Notes: generated by a model from the letters alone, not told the origin. Numbered from the stretch's first letter, positions 1-9,291 are shown. The stretch is 64,000 bases of DNA from Burkholderiales bacterium RIFOXYD12_FULL_59_19 (GCA_001771065.1 MESQ01000034.1:7990-71989), one strand, 5' to 3'. A program made the numbers and translations.

Positions 1-213
1 GACTGGGCCAGCTGGGCCAGCGCCTGGCACCAAATCGACGCAACCCAGGTCAGGCAAATGCTGGACGCCCAGACCCGTGGCGAATCGGTCCAGCTCACCC
101 TGTGCGGCGAACGCCACGCCCAAAGCTGGGTCAGCCAAACGCCAACCCTGAAGCAAAAAATCAGGAATATTTTTGGCGCCCCCCCCATCCAGGGCACACT
201 CGAACAATTATGA
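1..213 (+). CDS. 3' end of a conserved hypothetical protein upstream of recJ (partial, runs off window)
   Basis: Frame 1 is open from base 1 to TGA at 211-213 (..LTLCGERHAQSW..LEQL*). The stop overlaps the recJ ATG (ATGA). Confidence 0.55.
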   Translation, partial: DWASWASAWHQIDATQVRQMLDAQTRGESVQLTLCGERHAQSWVSQTPTLKQKIRNIFGAPPIQGTLEQL

Positions 214-1946
214 AAATCGTGGTCAGAGAGGCCCCGCCCCGCAGCGTCTGGGCGCTGGAACAAGCCGGCATTCACCCACTGCTGGCGCAACTTTACGCAG
301 CGCGTGGTGTGCAAAACCCGCTGGAACTGGATGACGCACTGGCCCGATTGCTGCCACCTGCCAGCATGCAGGGCACGGCTGAGGCCGCCCAACTGCTGGC
401 CGACGCCATTCGCGACCACCAGAAGCTTTGCATCGTGGCCGATTACGACTGCGACGGCGCCACCGCCTGCGCCGTCGGCATGCGCGGCCTGCGCCAGCTC
501 GGCGCCCTGAACGTGGACTACATCGTGCCCGACCGGGTGCAAGACGGTTATGGCCTGACACCACCCATTTCCGAGCGCGTCAAGGCCAGTGGCGCCGATG
601 TGCTGATCACGGTCGACAACGGCATTGCCAGCTTTGACGGCGTGGCACGGGCTCGCGCGCTGGGCCTGCAGGTGCTGGTCACCGACCACCATTTGCCGGC
701 GCTGCGCGCAGGCCAGATTGAACTGCCCAATGCCAACGTGATCGTCAACCCGAACCAGCCCGGCTGCGCCTTTGCAAGCAAGTCGATCGCCGGCGTCGGT
801 GTGATGTTCTATGTACTGCTTGCGCTGCGCGCCGAGCTGCGCCAGCGCGGCATATTCACCGCGCAAAACCAGCCCAAACTCGACGCCCTGCTGCCGCTGG
901 TGGCGCTTGGTACCGTGGCCGACGTGGTCAAGCTCGACACCAACAACCGCCGTCTGGTGGCGCAAGGACTCAAACGGGTGCGCGCCCAGGCCATGCCTGC
1001 CGGGTTGGTGGCCTTGTTTGTGGCCGCCTCGCGTGAGGCCAGAACAGCCACCACCTTTGACTTTGGTTTTGCGCTGGGGCCGCGCATCAATGCCGCCGGG
1101 CGTTTGTCTGACATGACGCTGGGCATTGAATGCCTGCTCACTGACGACGCGAGTCGTGCCCAGGAACTGGCCAAGGCACTCGATGCCATCAACCGCGAGC
1201 GCCGCGATATTGAGGGCAGCATGCGTGAACAGGCGCTGGCCGTGGCCGAATCGCTGTTTGAAGACACTGCAGAAACCCCACCCGCCATTTGTGTTTTTGA
1301 TGCCGACTTTCACGAGGGCGTGGTCGGTATTGTGGCGGCGCGTATCAAGGACAAGTTTCACCGTCCCACCTTCGTTTTTGCCAGCAGCGGCGCCTCCGGC
1401 CATACCCACGAGCTCAAGGGTTCGGGCCGTTCGATCCCCGGCTTTCACCTGCGCGACGCGCTCGACCTGGTGGCCAAGCGCCACCCGGGCGTACTGCTGC
1501 GCTTTGGCGGCCACGCCATGGCAGCCGGCTGCACCCTCAACGAACACCAGTTGGACACTTTCGAGCGGGGCTTGAACCAGGTTGCCCAGGAGTGGCTCGA
1601 TGCCGCCACGCTGACGCGCCGCCTCGACACCGATGGGGCACTCAAGCCCGAATACCGCCGCCCCGACCTGGTGGACACGCTGCACCATGAAGTCTGGGGC
1701 CAGGGCTTTGCCGCCCCCACGTTCAGCGAAGAGCTGGAAGTGGTGTCGCAGCGCCTGGTAGTTGAAAAACACCTGTCGCTGAAACTCAAACACCGCGGTG
1801 AACCGGTCGATGGCATCTGGTTTGGCCACACCGAGCCGCTACCCAACCGCGTCAAACTGGCGTTCAGGCTGGATGTGGACAGCTGGCGCGGTGAACGCCG
1901 GGTGCGATTTCTGGTGGAAGCAGCAGAATTGCCCGCCCAGCCCTAA
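210..1946 (+). CDS. recJ: Single-stranded-DNA-specific exonuclease RecJ
   Basis: DHH family motifs DYDCDG, TVDNG, TDHH, GTVADVV, GPRINAAGR and FGGHAMAAG. Start placed at ATG 210, coupled to the upstream stop. Confidence 0.96.
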   Translation: MKIVVREAPPRSVWALEQAGIHPLLAQLYAARGVQNPLELDDALARLLPPASMQGTAEAAQLLADAIRDHQKLCIVADYDCDGATACAVGMRGLRQLGALNVDYIVPDRVQDGYGLTPPISERVKASGADVLITVDNGIASFDGVARARALGLQVLVTDHHLPALRAGQIELPNANVIVNPNQPGCAFASKSIAGVGVMFYVLLALRAELRQRGIFTAQNQPKLDALLPLVALGTVADVVKLDTNNRRLVAQGLKRVRAQAMPAGLVALFVAASREARTATTFDFGFALGPRINAAGRLSDMTLGIECLLTDDASRAQELAKALDAINRERRDIEGSMREQALAVAESLFEDTAETPPAICVFDADFHEGVVGIVAARIKDKFHRPTFVFASSGASGHTHELKGSGRSIPGFHLRDALDLVAKRHPGVLLRFGGHAMAAGCTLNEHQLDTFERGLNQVAQEWLDAATLTRRLDTDGALKPEYRRPDLVDTLHHEVWGQGFAAPTFSEELEVVSQRLVVEKHLSLKLKHRGEPVDGIWFGHTEPLPNRVKLAFRLDVDSWRGERRVRFLVEAAELPAQP

Positions 1947-1958
1947 AATCAAACAGGT

Positions 1959-2834
1959 ATGAACACCCTGAACGCTGACCTGCATTGCCATTCCGTTATC
2001 TCCGACGGCACCCTCACCCCTGAAGAACTTGCCCAGCGCGCCAAAGCCCATGGCGTGACCCTGTGGGCCCTTACAGATCACGACGAAATTGGCGGCCAGG
2101 CACGGGCAGCAGCAGCAGCAGCGGCCTGTGGACTGGATTACCTCACCGGCGTTGAAATCTCGGTCACTTTTTTACACCAGACGGTGCACATCATCGGCTT
2201 GGGTTTTGATGTCCATAACGCCGCGCTGACTGTGGGACTGCAGCAAACCCGCGACGGTCGCTCGCAACGGGCCCAGGAAATGGCCGCAGACCTGGCACGG
2301 ATTGGCATTCGTGGTGCCTTTGAGGGCGCGCTGAAGTACGCGGGCAACCCCAACCTGATCTCGCGCACCCATTTCGCCCGCTTTTTGGTGGAAACCGGGG
2401 TGTGCAAAGATACCTACGAGGTGTTTCGCAAATACCTCACCGAAGGCAAACCCGGTTTTGTCGAGCACCGCTGGGCCAACCTGAAAGATGCGGTACGCTG
2501 GATCACCCAGGCGGGCGGCATGGCCGTGATTGCTCACCCCGCGCGCTACAAATTCAGCGCCAATGAAGAACTGGCGCTGTTCACCGAATTCAAGGGCCAC
2601 GGCGGCTTGGGTGTGGAAGTGGTCACCGGCAGCCACTCAAGCGCTGAGAGTACCAGCTACGCTGCGACCGCACTTGAATTTGGCCTGGCGGCCTCCCGCG
2701 GCAGTGACTTTCACAGTCCCTTCGAGAGCCGAACCGAGCTCGGAGCCCTGCCCGACCTGCCGACCCAGCTGACACCGGTATGGCAGTTGCTGGCGGAGCA
2801 CATTCAACGCGCCGCTACCCCGGCGCAGGTCTGA
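1959..2834 (+). CDS. PHP-domain phosphoesterase (YciV/TrpH-like 3',5'-nucleoside bisphosphate phosphatase family)
   Basis: DLHCHS..SDG, ALTDHD, GVEIS, AHP and GSDFH motifs. Usual neighbour of yciO/trpS. Confidence 0.88.
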   Translation: MNTLNADLHCHSVISDGTLTPEELAQRAKAHGVTLWALTDHDEIGGQARAAAAAAACGLDYLTGVEISVTFLHQTVHIIGLGFDVHNAALTVGLQQTRDGRSQRAQEMAADLARIGIRGAFEGALKYAGNPNLISRTHFARFLVETGVCKDTYEVFRKYLTEGKPGFVEHRWANLKDAVRWITQAGGMAVIAHPARYKFSANEELALFTEFKGHGGLGVEVVTGSHSSAESTSYAATALEFGLAASRGSDFHSPFESRTELGALPDLPTQLTPVWQLLAEHIQRAATPAQV

Positions 2835-2839
2835 ACCCC

Positions 2840-3724
2840 ATGTCTTTCTGGAAAAGCCGGCAGGCCGGCGGTATTTTGCTGATCATTCTGGCAACGCTCT
2901 CCTTTGCCACGCTCGACACGGTGACCAAGCACGCCACTCAACTGGTGCCCTTGCTGATGCTGCTGTGGTTCCGTTATGCGTTCCAGACCCTGGTGACCTT
3001 TGCGCTGCGCTTTCCAGTGCAGAAAACCCGCCTCTTTGCCACACCGAATCCACGCTTTCAGACGCTGCGTGGCGTGCTACTGCTCACTACCAGCGCCTGC
3101 GCATTTTTTGGATTGCAGTACCTGCCAGTCGGTGAATTCACGGCCATGGCCATGCTCTCTCCCATGGCCGCCAGCGCCATGGCCGCCTGGACGCTCAAAA
3201 CCCATGTCTCGCCAAGGCGCTGGGCGCTGATGGGCCTGGGGCTGCTGGGTGTCTTGCTGGTGGTGAGCCCGGGGGGCCAGGTATTTGGCTGGGCGGTGTT
3301 ATTCCCGGTGGTACTGGTGACCTCGTACGCCTGGTTTCAGGTGCTCACCAGCCGACTCAGTGGCGACGAAAATCCTTACACCACGCACTTTTACACCGGT
3401 CTGGTGGGTGCCGTGGTCATGACCCCCACCATGCTGTTCAGTTGGGATTCGGCGGCGTTACTGCGCTATTGGTACTGGTTTGTGCTGGTCGGTTTCTTGG
3501 GCACCTTTGGCCACTTGATGCTGATCCGAGCCTACAACCGCGCCAACGCCGTGGTGCTGACGCCCTATCTCTACACCCAAATCGCCTTTGCCACGGTGCT
3601 GGGCTGGCTGGTGTTTCGCCATGTACCTGATGGTCTGGCCTGGGCCGGCATTGCCGTAATTGCTGCCAGCGGCGTGGGCAACGCCCTACTGACCGTCCGC
3701 GAGTCTGCGGGGCTGCGACAATAG
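2840..3724 (+). CDS. DMT/EamA family transporter
   Basis: About 10 hydrophobic segments with two EamA-like halves. Start placed at ATG 2840. Confidence 0.85.
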   Translation: MSFWKSRQAGGILLIILATLSFATLDTVTKHATQLVPLLMLLWFRYAFQTLVTFALRFPVQKTRLFATPNPRFQTLRGVLLLTTSACAFFGLQYLPVGEFTAMAMLSPMAASAMAAWTLKTHVSPRRWALMGLGLLGVLLVVSPGGQVFGWAVLFPVVLVTSYAWFQVLTSRLSGDENPYTTHFYTGLVGAVVMTPTMLFSWDSAALLRYWYWFVLVGFLGTFGHLMLIRAYNRANAVVLTPYLYTQIAFATVLGWLVFRHVPDGLAWAGIAVIAASGVGNALLTVRESAGLRQ

Positions 3725-3728
3725 CGCC

Positions 3729-4352
3729 ATGCCGCAAATTTTCGAAATTCATCCCGACAACCCGCAACCGCGCCTGCTGAAACAGGCCACCGCCCTGCTT
3801 GACAAGGGCGAGGTGCTGGCCGTTCCCACCGACTCCAGCTATGCGCTGGTGTGCCACCTCGACGACAAGGCGGCCGCCGACAAGCTACGCCGCATTCGCG
3901 GTGTCGACGACAAGCACCACCTGACGCTGTTGTGCCGCGACCTGTCTGAGTTGTCCGCCTACGCCAAAGTAGACAACCAGCAATACCGGCTGATCAAGGC
4001 GGCCACCCCGGGCGCCTACACCTTCATCCTGGAAGCCACCAAAGAAGTGCCGCGCCGCCTGAGTCACCCGTCGCGCAAAACCATTGGTCTGCGTGTGCCT
4101 GACCACAAGGTGCTGCAGGAGTTGCTGGCGCTCTACAGCACACCATTGCTGGCCACCACCCTGATTGCACCGGGAGAAACCGAACCGATGAACGATGCCG
4201 ACGAGATTCGCGCCCACTACAAGGGCCGCATAGCAGCCATCATCGACTCGGGCGCCTGTCCACGCGAACCCACCACCGTGGTCGACTTAACCGGTGGCGA
4301 GCCAGTGGTTATCCGTGAAGGCCGCGGCTCGCTGGCGGCCCTGGGCCTTTGA
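3729..4352 (+). CDS. YciO/Sua5 (YrdC-like) family protein
   Basis: IHPDNPQ.R, PTDSSY, TPGAYTFIL, RKTIGLRVP and PTTVVDL motifs. Confidence 0.9.
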   Translation: MPQIFEIHPDNPQPRLLKQATALLDKGEVLAVPTDSSYALVCHLDDKAAADKLRRIRGVDDKHHLTLLCRDLSELSAYAKVDNQQYRLIKAATPGAYTFILEATKEVPRRLSHPSRKTIGLRVPDHKVLQELLALYSTPLLATTLIAPGETEPMNDADEIRAHYKGRIAAIIDSGACPREPTTVVDLTGGEPVVIREGRGSLAALGL

Positions 4353-4379
4353 GCCGACTTGCCCCGAGAACATCACGCC

Positions 4380-5048
4380 ATGGACTTTGCCAACCTGATT
4401 CAAACCGTCGCCCTCTACGCCATTCCGGTGTTGCTGGCCATCACCCTGCACGAAGCCGCACACGGCTTCGCCGCCAAACACTTTGGCGACAACACCGCCT
4501 ATGCCATGGGGCGCGTCACGCTCAACCCGCTGCCGCACATCGACCCGGTGGGTACCATCCTGATGCCGCTGATGCTGTACTTTGCCACCTCGGGGGCTTT
4601 TCTGTTTGGTTACGCCAAACCGGTGCCGGTGCGCTTTGGCAACTTGCGCAACCCCAAGCGCGACATGATTTGGGTGGCGCTGGCCGGACCGGGAGCCAAC
4701 TTTTTTCAGGCGCTGGTCTGGGGCGCGCTACTCTACCTGTTGCGCGGTGCCGACATCAACGAGCCATTTCTGGTTGAAATGGCGCAAGGCGGTGTGCTGG
4801 TGAATGTGGTGATGGCCGTGTTCAACCTGTTTCCACTGCCTCCGCTCGATGGTGGCCGCATTTTGGTGGGGCTGCTGCCGTACCGCCAGGCCATGCTGGT
4901 GTCACGCGTGGAGCCCTGGGGCTTTTTTATCGTGATGGCGCTGGTGCTGGCCGGAGTGGTCAGCAACCTCTGGTTGCGCCCGCTAATGGGCCTGACCTTC
5001 CAGCTCATCAACCTGCTGTTGACCCCGCTGGCCTGGCTGGTAGGCTGA
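4380..5048 (+). CDS. Site-2 protease family (M50) membrane metalloprotease
   Basis: HEAAH zinc motif, AGP and NLFPLPPLDGG motifs. Hydrophobic throughout. Confidence 0.92.
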   Translation: MDFANLIQTVALYAIPVLLAITLHEAAHGFAAKHFGDNTAYAMGRVTLNPLPHIDPVGTILMPLMLYFATSGAFLFGYAKPVPVRFGNLRNPKRDMIWVALAGPGANFFQALVWGALLYLLRGADINEPFLVEMAQGGVLVNVVMAVFNLFPLPPLDGGRILVGLLPYRQAMLVSRVEPWGFFIVMALVLAGVVSNLWLRPLMGLTFQLINLLLTPLAWLVG

Positions 5049-5085
5049 GCCACTTTTTTTTGCCTGCATTCCCTGACGATTTTTT

Positions 5086-6393
5086 ATGAGTATTGCGCGT
5101 TTTCTCACCGGCATCACCACCTCGGGCACGCCCCATCTGGGCAACTACGTGGGCTCGATCCGCCCGTCCGTGGGCCATAGCATGCGCCCTGGCGTCGACA
5201 GTTTTTACTTTCTGGCCGACTACCACGCCCTGATCAAGGTGGACGAGCCGGCGCGCATCCAGCGCTCCACCCTGGAAATTGCCGCCAGTTGGCTGGCCTG
5301 CGGCCTGAATCCAGACCGTGTGGTGTTTTACCGCCAGTCAGACGTCCCTGAAATCCCTGAACTCACCTGGTTCCTGAGCTGCGTTCTGGGCAAGGGCGTG
5401 CTCAACCGCGCCCATGCCTACAAAGCTGCGGTTGATAAAAACGCGGCAGCAGGCAATGACCCCGACGCCGATGTCAATGTGGGCCTGTTCATGTACCCGG
5501 TGCTGATGGGTGCCGACATTTTGATGTTCAACGCGCACCAGGTGCCGGTGGGGCGCGACCAGGTGCAGCACATCGAAATGGCGCGCGACATGGCGCACAG
5601 CTTCAACCACCGCTATGGCGACCATTTTGTGGCACCCGAGGCCGCCATTGAAGACCATGTCGCCACCCTGCCCGGCCTTGACGGCCGCAAGATGAGCAAG
5701 AGCTACGACAACACCATCCCGCTGTTTGCGCCGCGTGAGCAGCTCAAAAAACTCATCGGCAGCATCGTGACCGACTCCAGTGCGCCCGGCGAACCCAAGG
5801 CAGTGGAAGGCTCGACCTTGTTCCAGATTTACCAGGCCTTTGCCAGCTCCGCAGAGACCGAAGCCCTGCGCCAGGCCTATGCCAACGGCATTTCCTGGGC
5901 CGATGCCAAGCACCTTGTTTTTGAGCGCATTGACCAGGAAATTGCGCCCATGCGTGCGGCCTACCAGGCCCTGATCGATAACCCGGCCAAGATTGAAGCC
6001 ATCTTGCAAACCGGGGCGGCCAAAGCCCGCGCCATGGCCACGCCGTTCATGGGCCAACTGCGCCACGCCGTGGGTTTGCGCAGCCTGCAAAGCCAATCCG
6101 ACACCACCATCAAAGTGGCCAAAGTGGCGCTACCGGTATTCAAACAATACCGTGAGCCTGACGGCCAGTTTTATTTCAAGCTGCTAAGCGGCGATGGCCG
6201 CCTGCTGCTGCAAAGCGCTGCTTTTGCGTCGCCCAAAGTGGCGGGGCAAACCATTGCCGCGCTGCAGGCGGATGGCATGACCGCCTTGCACAGCAGCCCG
6301 GTGCCGCTGCAGAGCGGCCCGGACGTCACGGAAACTGACATTGCGGCTGCCTTGCAGGCCTTGAAAACTTCAAAAGAGGCAAAACCAGTCTAG
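5086..6393 (+). CDS. trpS: Tryptophan--tRNA ligase with C-terminal extension
   Basis: HLGN (HIGH-type) and KMSKS motifs, plus VPVGRDQ.QH.E and MYPVLM..DIL. Confidence 0.96.
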   Translation: MSIARFLTGITTSGTPHLGNYVGSIRPSVGHSMRPGVDSFYFLADYHALIKVDEPARIQRSTLEIAASWLACGLNPDRVVFYRQSDVPEIPELTWFLSCVLGKGVLNRAHAYKAAVDKNAAAGNDPDADVNVGLFMYPVLMGADILMFNAHQVPVGRDQVQHIEMARDMAHSFNHRYGDHFVAPEAAIEDHVATLPGLDGRKMSKSYDNTIPLFAPREQLKKLIGSIVTDSSAPGEPKAVEGSTLFQIYQAFASSAETEALRQAYANGISWADAKHLVFERIDQEIAPMRAAYQALIDNPAKIEAILQTGAAKARAMATPFMGQLRHAVGLRSLQSQSDTTIKVAKVALPVFKQYREPDGQFYFKLLSGDGRLLLQSAAFASPKVAGQTIAALQADGMTALHSSPVPLQSGPDVTETDIAAALQALKTSKEAKPV

Positions 6394-6419
6394 CCGCACT
6401 GTACAATTCGCGGCTTCGC

Positions 6420-6507
6420 GGAGAGATGGCAGAGTGGCCGAATGTACCTGACTCGAAATCAGGCGTACCGCAAGGTACCGTGGGTTCGAATCCCACTCTC
6501 TCCGCCA
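6420..6507 (+). tRNA. tRNA-Ser (anticodon CGA)
   Basis: Acceptor stem GGAGAGA/TCTCTCC, anticodon arm CCTGA-CT-CGA-AA-TCAGG, long variable arm, T-loop TTCGAAT, encoded CCA. Confidence 0.96.
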
Positions 6508-6523
6508 AGTACCTAATAAAAAT

Positions 6524-6545
6524 GCGCCTTTCAAGGCGCTTTTTT
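6524..6545 (+). terminator. Rho-independent terminator after tRNA-Ser
   Basis: GCGCCT-TTCA-AGGCGC stem followed by a T run and preceded by an A run. Confidence 0.7.
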
Positions 6546-6550
6546 ATTTC

Positions 6551-6570
6551 TTCTACCATCCTTTCTACCA
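6551..6570 (+). repeat. Direct repeat TTCTACCA x2 (12-bp period), resembling tyrosine-integrase arm-type sites
   Basis: TTCTACCA at 6551-6558 and 6563-6570, about 45 bp from the tRNA end. Confidence 0.45.
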
Positions 6571-6828
6571 ATAATGGATGCGGTTAAATTTTGGCTTAAC
6601 AATCCTGCCGAACCCGTCCTATGCCGTCCTAAGCCCAGCGACGTCCATCGGCAAACCCTCCCCAAGCACGATTCCAAAAATTTTCAGTCACATATCACCC
6701 CCATGTGATCTGCCTGACACAGCCACTCAAACCAGCCTTCGCGCTGGTTTTTTTATGCTGTCCAGGCACGCATCACCCAGACGCAAGACTGGCTGATCTT
6801 TTACCTATCCACTCACCCAAGGAGCCCT

Positions 6829-6975
6829 ATGTTTCCAAACACCTCACACCTCGAAGCTCTGGCAGCTTTTGCAATGGCCTTTGTCGCGGGCGCATTGACT
6901 GCGACCAGCGTGATCAAGTACATCGACAAAGTCAGATATGACACCATCGTGCTGCGCAGCTGTAACCGGGTCTGA
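6829..6975 (+). CDS. Small 48-aa hydrophobic protein (below the ORF-track size cutoff)
   Basis: AAGGAG Shine-Dalgarno upstream of ATG 6829. MFPNTSHLEALAAFAMAFVAGALTATSVIKYIDKVRYDTIVLRSCNRV*, with one predicted TM helix. Confidence 0.55.
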   Translation: MFPNTSHLEALAAFAMAFVAGALTATSVIKYIDKVRYDTIVLRSCNRV

Positions 6976-7016
6976 CCGGTGATTGCCCCGACATTGACGG
7001 ACAAGGAGATTTCATC

Positions 7017-7415
7017 ATGGTCATGATTTGTCCCAAATGCGACAGCAGACGCATTGACACCCGCCACTATGGGCGACGTACCGGCAGCACCATTGGCGCC
7101 GTTGCAGGGGCCGTAGGCGTGGCTGCAAGCGTCTTCAGAGGCGCTGAACTCGGTGCCATGGTTGGTGCCGTCACTGGCCCGGTGGGCACTGTGGTCGGTA
7201 CCATCACTGGCGGCGTCATTGGCTGCCTGCTCGGTGGTGCCACTGGCGGTGCACTCGGAGCCAAGCTGGGCGAAGTCGTCGATCAAAACATCTTGAATAA
7301 CCACAAGTGCCTTGAATGCGGCTTTGCCTTTTGCAGCCATGCTCCAGCGTCTGAGCAAACGGCAGCTTTCACTCAAACTGCCAGCAGCTCAAACGACGGC
7401 TTCGGTCAGTATTGA
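7017..7415 (+). CDS. Zinc-ribbon protein with inserted glycine-zipper hydrophobic hairpin (MGE-associated hypothetical)
   Basis: CPKC...CLEC cysteine pairs flanking GxxxG-rich segments. AAGGAG RBS. Confidence 0.75.
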   Translation: MVMICPKCDSRRIDTRHYGRRTGSTIGAVAGAVGVAASVFRGAELGAMVGAVTGPVGTVVGTITGGVIGCLLGGATGGALGAKLGEVVDQNILNNHKCLECGFAFCSHAPASEQTAAFTQTASSSNDGFGQY

Positions 7416-7607
7416 AAAAAGTCCCGTTGAAACGCCATCAACGGGGTGACCTGATCACCAGCTGATCAGGATCACCATGTCACCCCCGGTGGCAGCGCTC
7501 TTCGTTATCCCTTCACCCCCCCCGGTACTGGCAACGGCTTGCTGAATTCCATCAGCGGCCTTGTCACGCCCATTTGCAACCCAAACCTTTGAGAAAGTGA
7601 AATCACC

Positions 7608-8354
7608 ATGGCACACGCCGTTCAAACCATGGCCTATGTCGGCCAGGCCTGTTCAAAATTCAAAGGAAACATCATGCTCAAAGGACTGGCTTTAACGCCC
7701 CCGGCCATTGGCCGAATTGCCATCGGTAAAGTGGTCGAAAAAAATGGCAAACGCTTGCCTGAAAAAGACGACTCGTTCACGATCACATCACAGGTTCAAA
7801 ACAAGGACGGATGGGTCAATCACCCAATAAATGAGACCCTGCGCAAAGATCCGAATGCAAAATTACGTGCCATTGCGGTCAGGCTTCTGTTTGATGACCC
7901 CGATTTGAATTTGAGAGCCAATTACAGTCTGTTCGATCGCCAAACCGGCCGGCCGATGTGTGTTGGTAATGGCGACACCTGCCGACGCTCTCTGGCTGCC
8001 GGAGTGCAAACCCTACCCTACCCTTCACCCGAAGCCTGCGAGCTTGCCAAGGGGGGATTCTGCAAGCCCTATGGGCGTCTGAATGTGCGGATTGGCCAGG
8101 ATGATGAACTCGGTTCCTTCGTGTTCCGGACAACCGGGTTCAACAGCATCCGAACGCTCGCTGTCAGACTGAGCTACTTGTCTGCGGTGTCAGGGGGGCA
8201 TCTTTCCACCTTGCCGCTGGAGCTGCGCCTACGGGGAAAGTCCACCACCCAGTCACACCGGGCACCGATCTATTACGTCGATTTGACGGTAGCCAGGTGG
8301 ATTGGTCATCATCTTGCAGCCATTGACCAACATGAACTTCAAAAGGAACTGACC
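7608..8354 (+). pseudogene. Chimeric remnant: DUF932-like N-terminus (MAHAVQTMAYVG) joined to a 3'-truncated Gp3-like/'hydrolase or metal-binding' MGE protein (ATG 7674)
   Basis: Internal RBS AAAGGA before ATG 7674. Recognisable motifs MLKGLALTPP..GRI.IGKVVEKNGKRLPEKDD.F, CKPYGRL.V and FRTTGFNSIRTL. Similarity ends after YYVDLTV. Confidence 0.6.
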
Positions 8355-8885
8355 ATGAAAAAATCAGCCAAAACGGAAATTGTGATTGCTGCCTGGGCAG
8401 GCCGTACCGGGCCAGCCTACTGGGGTGACCGGGAGTATTCAGGCTATGACAACCAGTCATCAGCATTCTGGGTGTCTTTTCGAGGAGCACAGCCGGGTGA
8501 ACGCCACCTCTATCTGAATGACGATTGCCGTGCTGTGGGCGACATTGGCCTGTACGTGTATGTCACCGTGGACGGGACGGTCAGCATTGACTTGCGGCTG
8601 CATGATGCGGGTTCAATGACTTTGCTTGAGAGCGTTCAGCGCATCAAGGTCTTGAAGCGGATGTTTGCCAAAGGCAAGGCCTATCCGTTTGGCAATTACG
8701 AGCGCGAAACGAACGTGCACAACGAGCTGACCAAGGCTGTGGATGCGCTGGGTATCAAACGGGCCATGGTTTATCACGGTGTCAATGAACCCGAGACCTT
8801 CGAGCTGGTGGGCATTGTCCTCAAGCGGATTTCAGACTGTGTTGATGAACGGTTGAATCGAATGAAACTGCGCCAAGCTGCTTGA
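8355..8885 (+). CDS. Hypothetical 176-aa protein, in-frame with the upstream remnant but with its own RBS
   Basis: AAGGA-ACTGACC-ATG at 8355. Followed by a strong hairpin. Confidence 0.6.
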   Translation: MKKSAKTEIVIAAWAGRTGPAYWGDREYSGYDNQSSAFWVSFRGAQPGERHLYLNDDCRAVGDIGLYVYVTVDGTVSIDLRLHDAGSMTLLESVQRIKVLKRMFAKGKAYPFGNYERETNVHNELTKAVDALGIKRAMVYHGVNEPETFELVGIVLKRISDCVDERLNRMKLRQAA

Positions 8886-8887
8886 TG

Positions 8888-8923
8888 CCACTGCACTGCA
8901 CCCAAATGGGTGTGGTGCAGTGG
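8888..8923 (+). terminator. Hairpin/terminator after the 176-aa ORF
   Basis: CCACTGCACTGCACCC-AAAT-GGGTGTGGTGCAGTGG gives a 16-bp stem with two G-U pairs. T run about 12 nt downstream. Confidence 0.55.
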
Positions 8924-9004
8924 GTGAGAGCCTGTTTTTTTTGATGACTGATTTTTATTGGACTTGCGGACATGAGTTTCAATCCGCACTCAACCACCAT
9001 ACAC

Positions 9005-9038
9005 AAAAAGCCCAACTGTTTTCAGTTGGGCTTTTTTT
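9005..9038. terminator. Bidirectional Rho-independent terminator
   Basis: Perfect inverted repeat AAAAAGCCCAACTG-TTTT-CAGTTGGGCTTTTT. Confidence 0.8.
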
Positions 9039-9148
9039 CGTCTAAAAACTCAATGGTGACGCGCACTTACGCGATTTGCCTCTTGACTATTTCGCTATCA
9101 AAGTTGGGTATTTTTACCCGTTTTTGGCCTAATTTCCCCCGTTTTCTC

Positions 9149-9291
9149 TCTCTGTTCTCAGTTTGCCTCTTGACTGTTCAAGAGGTCACTTTCAATGAAA
9201 TCAACGACTTACGCGGGGGTGGTTTGCAAGTGAAAATTGGTGGGCGGTCGCGACAGAGAACAGAGAATCGCGATTTGAAATATGAAATCGC
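9149..9291. other. Dyad-rich putative element terminus (att-like) with IHF consensus
   Basis: Inverted pair TCTCTGTTCTC (9149-9159) / GAGAACAGAGA (9256-9266). Dyad CCTCTTGA-CTGT-TCAAGAGG (9166-9185). AATCAACGACTTA (9199-9211) fits the IHF consensus WATCAANNNNTTR. Dyad CGCGATTT..AAATCGCG (about 9269-9291). Confidence 0.5.
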
